This document shows positions 26,376 to 40,506 of a DNA stretch of 64,000 bases, piece after piece. Within the stretch, counting starts at the first letter, position 1. Each line of letters starts with the position of its first letter. The position numbers were made by a program, and so were the translations under genes. Below the pieces are notes generated by a model. It did no database searches and had not been told where the DNA came from. It worked only from the letters and a program-made list of their open reading frames with translations. The DNA comes from Octopus sinensis (lineage: Eukaryota): contig NC_042998.1 in NCBI RefSeq assembly GCF_006345805.1, positions 189,906,001-189,970,000 of the forward strand, given 5' to 3'.

Positions 26376-27289
26376 TGTATGTATGTATTATGTATATCCA
26401 TATAGGCATTCACAAAGGAATAGAGAGAAACACAGACTGTCTGAAAACTATGGAAATATCTACAAAGCATTTCACTTAATTTCTTTCTCCAATTTAATTG
26501 CTTTTCTTGTTTTACTCTCAGTTGAAAAAGTCTAAAAAGACAGAAACAGGTGGTAAAATGTATTTCATGATAAAATTATTTTAGCATTTTCTATCTTGTC
26601 TTATTTTCCTTATACATATCAACTCATGTGTTACTTTTCTACCTTCTACACACACAGACACACATGTATGTATGTATGCATATATATATATATTCTTTCC
26701 TTTTTTCTTTCTTTCTCTTTCAAATTCTTTTACCTTTTCTTCCACTATTCTATCCTATTACTCTGTCACTCTCTCCCTCTCACTCCTCCTCTCTTGCTCA
26801 CGTGGCTCCCACGTGACCATCGGGCATCTTTCTATTTTCTCCCAACTTGTGTTTCTTTCTCCCCGTTGTAGCTGAAACAAGGAAGACGTCTTCTTGTCTG
26901 TCTCCTGTCCAAGCTTGATCTGCGCGTTCGCCACAACGTTTAGGCTTAGCAACCCTTCCTGTTTGTTTTCACTGTCCTGTTTGTGTTACCAATTTTGAAC
27001 CTCCGCAAAATCCCAAATTTTAATTAATTTACTTTGCGAGAGCAACTGTTTTATCGAAAGCGTATATTGTTGTTAAATGCTCGAAATACGAGAGTAGAAA
27101 AACAGCAACAACTGATGAAGGGTCGTTCTTTATGTTGTTTGTCTTGTTTTCCATTTGTGTCTTTCGTTGTTAAAAAAAATAGTTCATAATCCATGTACTC
27201 GTGCTTCGTATGTTTTTGTTGTACACGTTTCATGACGTCCCGTGCCCACATATGCATATATATATATATTATATATATATATATATATA

Positions 27290-27329
<40 letters not shown>

Positions 27330-28475
27330 GTATACATGTAAGTATGTACATATACGTATGTATATATGCATATATACATATACGTTTACATGTAAGTATG
27401 TACATACACGTATAAATATATGCATATATATATATTATATTATTATATGATTGAACGCCACGCATCCTCTTCCAAGTAAGTTTTATCTGTATGTGTGTGT
27501 GTGTGTGTATACATATATATACTTTTATATTTATTCATACATACACACACATATATATAAATAAATAAAGGTGTATATATGGTGATATTTCATTAGCACA
27601 ATTTTGTTTAATATCAATCAAACTATTAGGGGCCAAACATTTTTGTAACTCTTTGCTATACGTAATATCTTCTGTTTACTTAAACGTCTTCGAGCTTACT
27701 ATGCTTCGCTAACGAAGTACTACAGGGTCAAACCATTTTTGCTGCTATTACCGTCTAAAAAAAAACAGCAAATTCCCAATAAAGTGTGATAATTAATTCA
27801 TTAGAATTAATTCTTAATTGAAAAAAGAATTATTTTGTGAATTTTGTGATTGCCGTTTGATAAATCTCAATTCGGCGACTGGTTTATCTTTTCGCTCATA
27901 CATCATTGACAATATCGAAACGTTTGTGATTTATTCCAGCCATGCCGTTGGCTTGTTGGTTAATTCCTTCATCTAATCTTTCTTAGAACATTGCCACAAA
28001 TGAAATTTACCAAACCCCGCTCACTGCTGCATGTTATCATTTAAATTTGAACCAATTTTGGTTTTGGAGTTGCTTCCCTTGTAGTCAATGAGAATTATCA
28101 TTAACTCTAGTGATTTCTCTTTCCATCGTCAGTGTATCTTTAACTAATTAATTTAAGAAAAAATTTTTGGGTTCACTACATTATGTTAGACCAAAGTTAA
28201 GTATATATGGATGTACGAATATGTGTTCGAATTATTTATATGTATGAATTTATACTTTTTGTGTATCCGTCTTTACATTAGACACTACTTAAAAGACGGT
28301 TTATTTTATGATTCATAACCTAGAAATGATAAATATACATTGCTAAAATTAGTATGAGGCGTAGAAATAAGTAATGAGATTAATATGAACAACCCAAATC
28401 CTTTAAAACGGGACCCAAACATCGCTGTAATTTAATGAATGAAACAAATAACTGATTAAATGGACTATATATATA

Positions 28476-28529
<54 letters not shown>

Positions 28530-28674
28530 GTGTGAAATTTGATTTAGTATTTCTAAATTTAATTTTTTCCCTGTAAGTTAGGATTAATATTCCCTCAAAT
28601 AATTATTATATATACATGCCTATATATATATATATGTATATATGTGAGTGTGTGTGTGTGTGTGTGTTTGTATG

Positions 28675-28708
<34 letters not shown>

Positions 28709-28726
28709 TGCATGCATGTATGTACG

Positions 28727-28768
<42 letters not shown>

Positions 28769-31088
28769 AATATATATATATAATACATAACCATGAGTTA
28801 ACGCTTCAGCAGTACGAACATAGTTTACTTCTAAATATATTTGACATAGGAAAATATAATGGCAATCAGTTCCTCGCATTTTCCTCTCTTTAAAATTGCA
28901 ATATTTTGTTTAGTTTAGATGCGTGTAAGTCAAATAAGTTTATACACCTGGATATATATATAACCATTTGTTTTTAGAATATTGAGAGCTAGGTTAAATA
29001 AAAAATATTAAATCTTAAAATATTCACAATCTCTCTTGAAGATTGTAAAAAAAAAATTCAAATAATTATAAAAATAAATAATGCATCACAATAGATGTAT
29101 AGAAAATGAAAAACAAAATTCCCATGACGCATAAAAATGAAATGCTCACTGAACACTCTAGTTAGAAGGAATGATTCAACTAGATTGCTGGAATGAGATA
29201 TTGTGACAAGAAATGAGGCACTGGCAACTTCATAAAGCATGATGAAGAAAATGGCGAGAGATGAGTGAGAACTAGAAAATCAAGATGAAAGAAACGTGAA
29301 ATGTGATATCAACCCTTATTCTTGTTTCTTTCAAACAGCCTTCGAATTGTTTTGTGCTTTGGAGGCAGATAATGACTATATTAGTTTCTTGTTGGGCCAA
29401 CCACAAAACACAGTTCACAGAGCTCCCCCTACAGGGTATTTCAAAAGGAGATAAAAATACTTCTTTTAAATGTTCCTCAATAAAAAGAAAATAAACAATA
29501 AATCCAGTGAATGAGCCAACGATGAAAAAAAAATAGAAAAGAGAACTTTGAAAAAAGTATATGAATAAATCAGATAAAAATTTTTAAAAAATATCTCCAA
29601 ATAAAATCAAACAGGGGAGGGCTGGGAAAATGAAGAAAAAAAATAGGCTAACATGCTGTTCAAGCTACGCTTAAAATGGCTGCCTGCCGTTAGCTATACA
29701 ATAACGCTAATACAAAGGCTGCTTGCTTTTCTATTGCTTGTCTGCCCTCTTAATGAGGGTTTTGCATCAATTGAGTCAGTCTTCGTGTCAGCCATGTCAC
29801 TACGTTAAACTATTATAGCGCTGTGATAAAATACTCTTCATAAACCCCGTGTTTTCAAAATTGACTGCTGGATTGTGAATGCGGTCTCAAAGATCAATTG
29901 TTGTTTAGAATGTTATACATGACTTTTAAAGTGTGTCGAATGTTTGTTTGCACCGCTGCACCTCAAACAATTCCATGGAAATATATAATCGGTAAACAAA
30001 GGATACACAAATTATTTTATATAATATAGATATTTTTGTTGATACTATGTAAACTACAGAGTTAGTTAATAAGCACAGGCGAAGGAGGAGCACAGTAAAG
30101 CTATTTCGGCTGCTGTTGAAAACAACTCTGTGTTAGAGTAAGAGGGGGAAAAGAAGTAAGAGATAAAATTTAATTTTGTTATAGCGACAGAGGATTGACT
30201 TTGAAGGAAAAAAAAATCATTATAAATTGTCGAGAGCTATAATATCTATCTAAAAATTATGCTTTATGGGGAAACAGTTATGAAGCGATGAACTCATTTC
30301 TATGTAGAACAGTTCGAATCCTGTGGGTCATATGTTAGAAGCAAATTGACAGAAGAGAGATTATTACAAACTGAATAGGATTAAGTTAAGGGGAGGGTGT
30401 TTCTCAGACTGAATATTCTATAACTTGGAGAGGAATCGGTTTCGTTTACAAGGTAACCGAGTTCAGCAACGCATTAAAATTACTAAAGTAAATTAAAAAC
30501 AAGAATAAAAATTTCGAATGTGGAACACCTTTGTATTTAATCAAGATAATGATTATCTGGAACTTAACATTCTTGAAATTTGAGAAAATTTCATGCGAGA
30601 TAAAGTCATTTTACTAATTGAAAATGTTTAAAGACGCTGGAATGTAGCAAATTGAACATTTGAAATGGATGGCGAGTATTAGAGAAGATGGAGTAAAGAT
30701 ACAATATGATATACATCAAAATATTACCAGAGATAACCATCAATAGAATGTGTGATTTAGCGTTTAGAGACTAACCCAGACAAACTGGCGTAAGCATTGT
30801 AACGTAATTTAGAAATTTATGCAAAAGTAAATTGACTGGTGAATATCACAAAATATTCTACAGACATTGATCGTTTCTCTTCAATACGTCCAAGTGGAAT
30901 TAAATAGCAATTTATGAAGATGAAGGTCAGCTGTTTGAACCAGTATTTCATACAAAAGAAAAAGAGAAAGAAAAAATAACAATATGAAAATGAGTTGCAA
31001 CTTGACATTTCTCATCGAATCCTTTATTGTAGACACACATAAACACGCACAAACACATATATATATGCATGGACACGTAAGTGCGAAG

Positions 31089-31135
<47 letters not shown>

Positions 31136-31144
31136 TAGATAGAT

Positions 31145-31195
<51 letters not shown>

Positions 31196-31234
31196 TAGTT
31201 ATAGATAGATATACATACATACACACATACATAT

Positions 31235-31296
<62 letters not shown>

Positions 31297-31902
31297 AATA
31301 TGTATGAGTGATATGCGTGTGTAATGTATGCTTACTCTGTCGCAATGCCTGGCAGTACTAATAAAAAATATTTCTATACTGACCTCGTGTGAATCACACC
31401 ATGTTGTCGCTCTTCTTGCTAGAAATAGAAGCAAAATGTTATCAAATCGGAACATAATGGCTTAAAAAAGTAATATCACTTTAGATAATATAGTTGTAAA
31501 TATACAAAAAGCAGAGATGGTCACGTTGAATATATGTCTGACCTGGAGATAAACGAAACAACCCTAACACTGTAGTTTTTGTTAGATCCTGTCTTATTTG
31601 GTGCCTCTAATTCTGCGGTTAGCCAAAACCATTTATCATGGACGACGGTTTTAATTAGTTTTCTATTGTCTTTTTTTAATGAGGTCAATCGAAGCGCAAC
31701 AACTTTACCAAAAGACAGAAAGAGGGAGAGAGAGAGAGAGACAGACAGACAGAGACAGATAGACAGACAGACAGAAATAATGTGATGTACTAAATATGAC
31801 CACGATCCAAGTATGATAGAATCTGCTATATTACATCCTTGTTAGTTCCAGTGACAACAAAAACGTAAAGCGCACTTTTATCTACTAATTAGTTTCCTGC
31901 AG

Positions 31903-31986
31903 GTGAAGGAACTTAAAGGAGAATACGCTGCAAAGACCCGCATTATCAAATCACAAGAGAGAATAGTCCTAACAGATGCACCACAG
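31903..31986 (+). CDS. Candidate internal coding exon of an unidentified host gene (VKELKGEYAAKTRIIKSQERIVLTDAPQ)
   Basis: Branch-point-like TACTAAT, acceptor TTTCCTGCAG, 84 nt with one open frame, donor CAG|GTAAAG. Non-repetitive sequence. Confidence 0.4.
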
Positions 31987-31993
31987 GTAAAGC

Positions 31994-32352
31994 AAGGACT
32001 CCAAATTTGCCATCAAGATGTAGGACAAGATACTGTGATAGCCTGGGCTTCAGAGGCCCACAGCTCTTCAATATCCTCCCGAGGGACCTGAGAGACCTGC
32101 ATGGGGTGGATGCAGATGTCTTTAAAATAAAGCTGCACCTCTTCCTGTCAGGTGTCCCAGATGAACCAACTTCACAGCAGGAGGTGCAGATGAGGGCAGC
32201 TGCATCAAACACTTTCATGCACCAAATGTCAATTGCTAAAAAGTATTCGTGAAGTAAAATTATGTAGCAACACCGAATGGCGGTGCCCCAGCATGGCCAC
32301 AGCTCCTCAGCTGAAACTAGATAAAATAAATAATAAATAATAATAAAATAAA
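31994..32352 (+). mobile_element. 3' fragment of the CR1/L2-group LINE family seen at 41.7-44.5 kb
   Basis: Closely matches 44133-44455 (PSRCRTR.CDSLGF...LFNILP...GVPDEPT) and ends in TAA/TAAAA repeats. Confidence 0.88.
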
Positions 32353-32419
32353 TAGAGAATACCAAGAAATTTTATGAAAGTGATCCAAAGGTCGCTGTGG
32401 ATGAAACAATTTTAAAAGA

Positions 32420-32925
32420 TTCTTTTGCTATATTGACTACAGAAAGCCCTTTGATTATGCACACTATGATTATGTGGTGCATCATGTCTAATTTCAGCAT
32501 TCCGAATCACCTCATTAGGTTCATCAACCAGCTTTACATTCAACAAGACTCCTGCATTCGATTATATAATGAGAACACAAAAATTCGAAAATGGGAAAAG
32601 AGTTCGTCAGGGATGTATACTTTCTCCATACTTGTTCAACATCTGCACAGAGTGGATAATAACAAGAAACAATACAGGAATACATGGTTTGCATATTTCT
32701 AATCTAAAGTCTACAGACAATACTGCTCTACTTGCCAAGACTGAAGTCAGACTACAAGAAATAATAAGCAGAGTCGAGAAGGTATCAAATACGCATGGTC
32801 TTTATCTTAACCGTAAAATTCATGGAAGTAGGAACAGAGGAAGTAAATGTTAACACCGAACTGGGCAGTAAGAAGCTCGAACAGGTTGAATTGTACAAGT
32901 ATCCTGGAGTCCAAATCTCTGAGGC
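32420..32925 (+). mobile_element. Decayed RTE-clade RT fragment
   Basis: IPNHLIRFINQLY, VRQGCILSPYLFNI, ISNLKSTDNTALLA (degenerate YADD), LEQVELYKYPG. Confidence 0.8.
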
Positions 32926-33109
32926 ACGTGTAGATAAACTACCCAGTTCGGATGCTGACATTTACTTCCTCTGTTCCTACTTCTATGACTTTTACGGTAT
33001 CTGTACTTATCAGCAGCCAACTTACCAGGAAGTCGTTTTCCCGATTAAGCACGCGAAATTGCTAGTTTTGAACCGAAATTTAGAACCGCTATTATCTAAA
33101 CATGCAAGT

Positions 33110-33560
33110 GGGCGAAGTGGCGAACTGGCAGACTCTTTCCAGTGCTGGACAAAGCACTTAGCAGCATTTTTTCCGCTACAAGCTCTGAGTTCAAATTCGG
33201 TGGAGGTCTACTTTGCCTTTCATTCTAACGGGGCCGGTAAAACATGAACCAGTCAAATACTGGGTCGATGTAGTCTACTGGCGAGCTGGCAGAAACGTTA
33301 GCACGCCGGGCGAAATGCGTAGCCGTATTTCCTCTGCCGTTACGTTCTGAGTTCAAATTCCGCCGAGGTCGACTTTGATTTCATCCTTTCAGGGTCGATA
33401 AATTAATTACCAGTTACGCACTGGGGTCGACATAATAGACTTAATCCGTCTATCTGTCCTTGTTTGTCCTCTCTGTGTTTAACCTCTTGTGGGTAGTAAA
33501 GAAATAAGTCTACTAGTTTTGTCACCAAAATTACGGTCTTGTACCTGAAGTAGAAAAAAT
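33110..33560 (+). mobile_element. Young family B SINE (33280-33506) nested in an older family B copy
   Basis: AGTCTACT is duplicated at 33272-33279 and 33507-33514, and the older copy resumes after it. Confidence 0.85.
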
Positions 33561-33710
33561 TGTCTACACGCGCAATATTTTTTTCAGCTTAATTCAATGC
33601 TTATTGTGAATGTTCAAAAGGATACACCATTATGTAAAGAATTAATTCTATTTCATCACTTTAGTACACACATGCAAATACGTACACGCATATGCACACA
33701 AAACTAGAGC

Positions 33711-33771
<61 letters not shown>

Positions 33772-33871
33772 CGCGCGTGTATGCATGTACGTGTGTGTGC
33801 ATATATATATTTATATATACATGCATATCTATATCTATAGCTATATATATATATATACATATATACATACA

Positions 33872-34027
33872 CGCCGGCGTGGCTGTGTGATAAGAAGCTT
33901 GTGTCCCAAACCACATGGTTCTGGGTCCAGTCCCACTCCGTGGTACGTTGGGTAAATGTATTCTACTATAGCCTCGGGGCGACCAAAGCCTTGAGGATGG
34001 ATTTAGTAGACAAAAAGAAGCCTGTTG

Positions 34028-34086
<59 letters not shown>

Positions 34087-34275
34087 ACGTGTGTGTATGT
34101 ATATATCTGTGTGTCTTTGTTTCCATGTTTGACACCCTCCATCACCGCTTGACAACTGGTGTTGGTGAGTATACGTCCACGTAACTTAGCGGTTCGGCAG
34201 AATGACCGATAGAATAAGTACTAGCTCCATTATGACCACAAACAAACGACCGTAACAAGTAAAAGAATAAAAGAA
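33872..34275 (+). mobile_element. SINE family A, diverged
   Basis: Same module order as 2126-2563 with many substitutions. Confidence 0.8.
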
Positions 34276-35403
34276 TATATAGATATATATATATATTTGT
34301 AAAAAATGAAGTTCGAAAATGCTGCTGTATTATACAATTTTTAATTTTTATATATACATTATAACATGTTTCAGTTCCTGAAGGATATATAAGGATTTTT
34401 GCGTAATGAAATAAAAAAAAACCCAAGGCTGTGTAGATATTAGAACATTTATATGCCGACTTATAAAAAGAATTGTACAATCCGACGAACGTGAGCAGGC
34501 TGAAAATCCTTTCAAAATATATATGTGTATCTGTATGTATTTTACACATACATACACACACACACACTTATATTTTTAATGTTATCGGATGTTTATTATT
34601 TATATCGTTTAACGGAATCAGTTTTCTAAGTTCATAAACTGTTCCAATTGCCTTTGCCTACACAGTACATGTGCTATCAAATGAGCAAACATTATTTCGA
34701 TTAGATCGACCTGAGAGAAAAAATTACTTGTGCCTTGGCAAAATAAATCATTATTATTTATAGAGAAATTAAAATTGTTCACGCTTCTTTCTTGAAATTA
34801 AACAATAGGAATTATTTTAAGATGACTAATGCTTCAGGGAATTCTTTTATTATCTTATCGATCTTCTTTTACTTCTTATTCTTTACATGACATTTATTTG
34901 TGTTAATTATTGGTTCGCGTAATTATTGCTACATTTGTGTGATCGTAGTATGCTATTTAAACATTTGATATTAATTGCTTAAAACGTTTCTGACAGAACT
35001 CCTTCTCAGGTCTATACTAGTATGGTGGTATTTTATTTAAGGATTTGTTGAAATATGAGGCAGACCGTAAACAATTTTTGCTAAGCATAAAAATGGCACG
35101 TTTTTTTCACTCAGTTTTATAAGATGTGTGTGACATTGTTCATTGTCAGACAAATATTTCAATATTTTTTTATCTCACCTTCTTTGATATATTGAATAAT
35201 TTTGAAAGTTCAGTGACATTTAGTAATTTCGAAAGTATTGAAATTGTGTTTTACTAGTTCTAGAGAGATATTTCGTGTTTTTAGTTTCTTATTCAGTCTA
35301 TATGTATATATATATATATTGTTTCTTCTCTCTTATAGTGTGTAATGATTTAATGATTTGGATGCCCAACTCTCATTGTTTATGTATCATTGTTTGACTT
35401 ATT

Positions 35404-35636
35404 AAGGCGGCGAGCTGGCAGAAACATTAGCACGCCGGGCGAAACGCTTCACGGTATTTCGTCTGCCGTAACGTTCTGAGTTCAAATTCCGCCGAGGTCG
35501 ACTTTGCCTTTCATCCTTTCGGGGTCGATTAAATAAGTACCAGTTACGCACTGGGGTCGATCTAATGGACTTTATCCGTTTGTCTGTCCTTGTTTATCCC
35601 CTCTGTGTTTAGCCCCTTGTGGGTAGTAAAGAAATA
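35404..35636 (+). mobile_element. SINE family B followed by a ~300-bp (TA)n tract
   Basis: Full head, central domain and tail. TA tract at 35635-35942. Confidence 0.92.
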
Positions 35637-35649
35637 TATATATATATAG

Positions 35650-35711
<62 letters not shown>

Positions 35712-35712
35712 G

Positions 35713-35795
<83 letters not shown>

Positions 35796-35796
35796 G

Positions 35797-35944
<148 letters not shown>

Positions 35945-37089
35945 TAGAGGAGAGAGAAATGAGAGAGGCGAGAGAAAGACAGACAGGCAGACAGAAGGAG
36001 CATAATTCATTTGAAAGTTACTATAACGTTTGCTCTGATTCTCTTTCGGATTTTTTTGAGTGCAAATTGAAAATAGACATTTATCACTCTTAAACTCTTT
36101 TCAATGAAATTATCGGGATGCAAACACAGAGGGCGGGTTGTTCCAAACTGAAAGGAAAAAAAATAGAAAAAACATTATAGAGGCAATGACATTTGTTCAT
36201 AGCGCTTGGAGACAATTGTGAAGAGAGGTCATGTGTTGCAGCATATCAGTTTAAACGAGAATATAATGAAATAAGAGTGATCTGAAGAATAAATTTCGAT
36301 AGAAATAAAGCAATGGAACGATTACAATGGAAGCTGAACAGGAATGTTAACTCATCTGAAAAGTCAGAGTGGTACCAGAATCAATGTCAATCAATTAATG
36401 AGATGAATAGGTGATTTTTTTTAATATACATATATTTGGATAAGAAAAGTCTACAACAATCTTGATCATATTTTTTTACAATTTAGTATGCGATCAGCCC
36501 TTATGGAAGAGGCGTTCCAATCGTAACCATCACCACTTTTTGTTTATCATGGACGTCGTTGCCCAATGCCTGTTTCATTATTTAAGATAGAAGAGTTTGA
36601 TTTGAGAGATGGAATATTTTATAAGTTGGTCGACTAAGAAGAGGCTCTACTCTAGATTCGTCTTTATCATATTTATTTAGATAGGTGTGATAGAACGCTG
36701 TGTAAATGAAGTTTAAAGAGGCCTTTAATCAGTGAGAATTTATAATCTATAAAATAAATGCCTTATCACAATATTTATTGATATTACTTTAGATATGAGG
36801 AGATACAGACACCATTGGTTTATAGAAAAAGTAGCTATTTTTTATCTAAAGAAAGGACATATAACTCCTGTCTGACAACACCAGCCGTATCCTTGAAGGT
36901 AAAAGCTGAAAAGATTTAAGTTCATTTATTCTAGGACTCCCACTCTTTCTTTGTTTGGTTACATGGATCTGTTCATTAGTTGTCATGTATTGTATGAATG
37001 AATACTTTTAATCTTCTGTGTGATCCGTTGTTGCCTATTCATCGATTCTGCTCGCTAATCTTCTAATTAGTTGTGTCCATTATGCTCAC

Positions 37090-37410
37090 GAATGCATAAT
37101 ACTTAGAATAACGTGGAAGGACTAGACAGCAACGAAATGGATCTGAGAACAAACGAAATGAAATAGCATTATCAGGTTTATAAAATGATTGAAATCGAAT
37201 TGAGGTGGACATGTCCGGAAGATGAGTGGCAACAGGCAGACGAAAATGTAACCGACTGGATTCCGAGATACCGTAAAAGAAACTGATTATGGGCAACGGA
37301 TGGGGAATTAGGTAAATTTCAGTAATAAAAAAAAATGGGTGGGGAACATCTTAGAATTTTACAACTGAAAAATCTGGAGACATACTAGACCTTTACACAG
37401 TAGTAGGGAA
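37090..37410 (+). mobile_element. Very old RTE-type LINE 3' remnant
   Basis: Frameshifted GGHVRKMSGNRQTK..VTDWIPRYRKR resembles the RTE C-terminal GHVAR...VTEW.PR..KR motif. Confidence 0.5.
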
Positions 37411-38308
37411 TTGATTTCTAATTAATATCATCTGTTAAACATGTGGATTCAATAACTGTCTATATAAAATTTCATCAAAAAGAGGATTAAATATTGTTAG
37501 AGAAGTGTGTATAGTCGATTGATTGGGTACCAGCACTCTATGACCTTCTTGAAATAGTACTTAAATTCCCTTAAATCACAACCTGTCGTCTTAGCAAAGG
37601 AAAGAGCTCATTGCTTGATATAGTTTGAAATACACGCAATGATCACAGGATGCACTTAATCATAAGTCTGTACAGTGAGAGCCGACTGTGGCTTGTTTTA
37701 ACAAAATTAGGAGGGTGGAAAAAGAAAGTAATACTATTGGCATGATTTTAAATTAAAGCTGAAGACCTAAAGTAAAAATCGTAGTTAAGAATTTTGCTTT
37801 GGTTTGACGTGGTTCGGGGTTCAATATTACAGCGCGGCGCCCTGGTCAACTCTCTTCTACCGTTGCTTCATGTTGACCAACACCTTATAAACGGAATTTG
37901 GTAGAAACTGTGCAGAAGCCCATTGTGTGTGTGTTTGTTTGAGTGTGTGTGTGTGTGTGTGTATGTGTGTGTGTCAGCGAATGGTGTAAACATCGATGAG
38001 ATAATCGAAAAGTAGATGATTTTCAAACGAAGTCCTTTCCATACTTATTCAGAAACTCCTTCGCTTTCCTCGCTATCAGAAATGCCACATACCATTGAGT
38101 GAGACATCGATCACTAATTTTCAGATTTCCTCAATGTTAAATATGTGTGCATGTGTGTGTGTGGTAGTAGTGAATTCAATGATCCCAGTATATGGCAGAC
38201 TTCTATATAATCGACTCTAGTAGTACATCACAAGCCATTATGCACTATATGTGTTTTGTATATTGCAGTTATCGCGTACTGTAAATGTTGAGCAGTATTG
38301 CAAATATC

Positions 38309-38541
38309 TATTTCTTTACTACCCACAAGAGGCTAAACACAGAGGGGACAAACAAGGACAGACAAACGGATGAAGTCGATTATGTCGATACCAGTGCGTA
38401 ACTGGTACTTAATTTATCGACCCCGAAAAGATGAAAGGCAAAGTCGGCCTCGGCGGAATTTGAACTCAGAACGTAGCGACGGGCGAAATACCACAAAGCA
38501 TTTCGCCCAGCGTGCTAACGTTTCTGCCAGCCCGCCGCCTT
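38309..38541 (-). mobile_element. SINE family B with 20-bp target-site duplication
   Basis: Flanked by TTGAGCAGTATTGCAAATAT (38288-38307) and TTGAGTAGTATTGCAAATAT (38542-38561). Confidence 0.92.
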
Positions 38542-38899
38542 TTGAGTAGTATTGCAAATATTGTGCAGTAAAGAAGCCATTTGTTATCATTTAACTCTAG
38601 TGAACCCTGATCGAGCGGACATATGACCAAAGCTATACCAATCGTGGTTAGCATCGACTTTCCTTTGGCGATAGTATATCTAAGTGTTCTGCTTTTTAAA
38701 GATGATTTTATTTGAAGGATACCTGGATGGTGTGATTTCTATTATTCCAAGTGACCAGTTAGCGAGCCTTTTGTTGTATGAGGAGTACAAGGCAAAGGTA
38801 TTGAATGGCAGTTTGAGTAGAAGATTATACATAATTTGTTGTTTTAATCATGAATCAGGATGAAATCAAAAATTTTTTCTAATTTTAAAATTGCAAAAG

Positions 38900-39300
38900 C
38901 AATTTTAAGGGGAGGGAGATAGTTACTTCAGTCAACCTCAGTATATAGACCGGTACTTACTTTATCGTCACCGAAAGGATGAAAGGTAAACACGAAGGAA
39001 TTTGAACGCAGAACGTAAAGAGAAAGAAAAAATGCCAACACACCAACGATTCTGCTTGCTAGCCACCTTAAAGATGAATTTAACATATTGGTTTTACATT
39101 TTAGCACAAGGCCAGCAATTTGGGAGGAAGGATGTCAATCATTTACATCAACCCAGTACTCAACTGGTACTTATTTCATCGACCCTGAAGAGATGAAAGG
39201 TAAAATCTACTTCTGTCGAATTTGAACTCAGAACTTAAAGATGGACGAAATGGCGCTAAGCATTTCGCCCGGCGTGCTACCTATACCGCTAGTTGGCTAC
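38900..39300 (-). mobile_element. Two tandem diverged family B SINE copies
   Basis: Repeated GGTACTTA..TTTATCG/TTCATCGACCC..GATGAAAGGTAAA..TTTGAAC.CAGAAC blocks. Confidence 0.7.
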
Positions 39301-39984
39301 CTTATGCCTTAGGTGAATTTGATATATTAAAAATGGATTTTCATCATATAATTACGTCCTTTCCCTTTCTGACTTCAAATCACTCAAGGATTGATTTTCA
39401 ATAATACTAGTAATCCAGTAACGTGCATCAGTAGATACATTTAACTATATTGAGGCAATAACAATACCTACATTATCAGCACTTTTACAAGCACAAACAA
39501 CGACAAAGCCAGTCAGTTCGAACTTCTTTCAAGTGTAACCTTAATGTCTCTCAAATCACTCCCTTTTCTTTATACAAAAGGACACGTTGGAGAATGTCTT
39601 TTGATGTAAAGGATAAAATTTTTTTTAAAAAGCAGGACGAAATAATAGTTTAAATGCAATTAATCAGTGGTCTGCTTGGTCAATGGAGGCTAAACACTTG
39701 GAGAGAATTATGTTGACACACATGTGTACATACGTAATTTCTTCCAGATATTGGTTTCAGTACTCAACAGGTACTTGGTTTATCGACCCCAAAAGGGCAG
39801 GCTCACGATTTTGCCGGCACGCCGCCTTAATTTCCTCCCCATATTAATGGTAGTAACAGTAGTGCAAAAATAGTTTCAAATATTGACGTATATAAGCATA
39901 TTCACAACCACGTACATATAAATGAATATGAATACGTGCATACATACATGCATATATGTGTATGTGCGTGTGTGTGCTGTTGTT

Positions 39985-40275
39985 TGTTCCTTCTCGAGCC
40001 ATGCCTGGCTCATAAGGGCCGGTTTCCTTGGCGTATAGGTTCCCCACCTGGACAGGACGCCGGTCCGTCGCAGGTGAGCTGCAAGATGCAGGAGGAAAGA
40101 GTGAGAGAAAGTTGTGGCGAAAGAGTCAGCAGAAGTTTCGCCATTACCTTCTGCTGGAGCCACGTGAGCTTAGGTGTTTAGTTCATAAACACACACATCG
40201 CCCGGTCTGAGATTCGAACCCGCGATCCCTCGACCGCGAGTCCGCTGCTCTAACCACTAGCCATGTGCCTCCACG
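39985..40275 (-). mobile_element. SINE family C variant, well preserved
   Basis: Minus strand head GGAGGCACATGGCTAGTGGTTAGAGC...GGTTCGAATCTC (A and B boxes), ending in an (AAC)-like tail. Confidence 0.85.
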
Positions 40276-40506
40276 CGCATGTGTATGTGCGCACACGTAT
40301 AAAGATATCCACACACCCACACTCATACATACATACATTCATACATACATACAAACATGCATACATACATACATACATACATACATACATACATACATAC
40401 ATACATACATACATACATACATACATACATAAATTCCCATATTACCTATCAACAAAAAGTCTTCATGATATTGGTGGTTGCAATAGTTAGTAGTACAAAA
40501 TACATG

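Noticed and set aside
34356-34408. Minus-strand GAAACATGTT with stem I/II-like pairing
   Set aside because: The CUGANGA box reads CGCAAAA, so it is at best a dead remnant.
40195-40275. tRNA gene (also 57306-57380 and 61700-61776)
   Set aside because: A and B boxes are present, but I could not build a closed acceptor stem and each continues into a SINE body.
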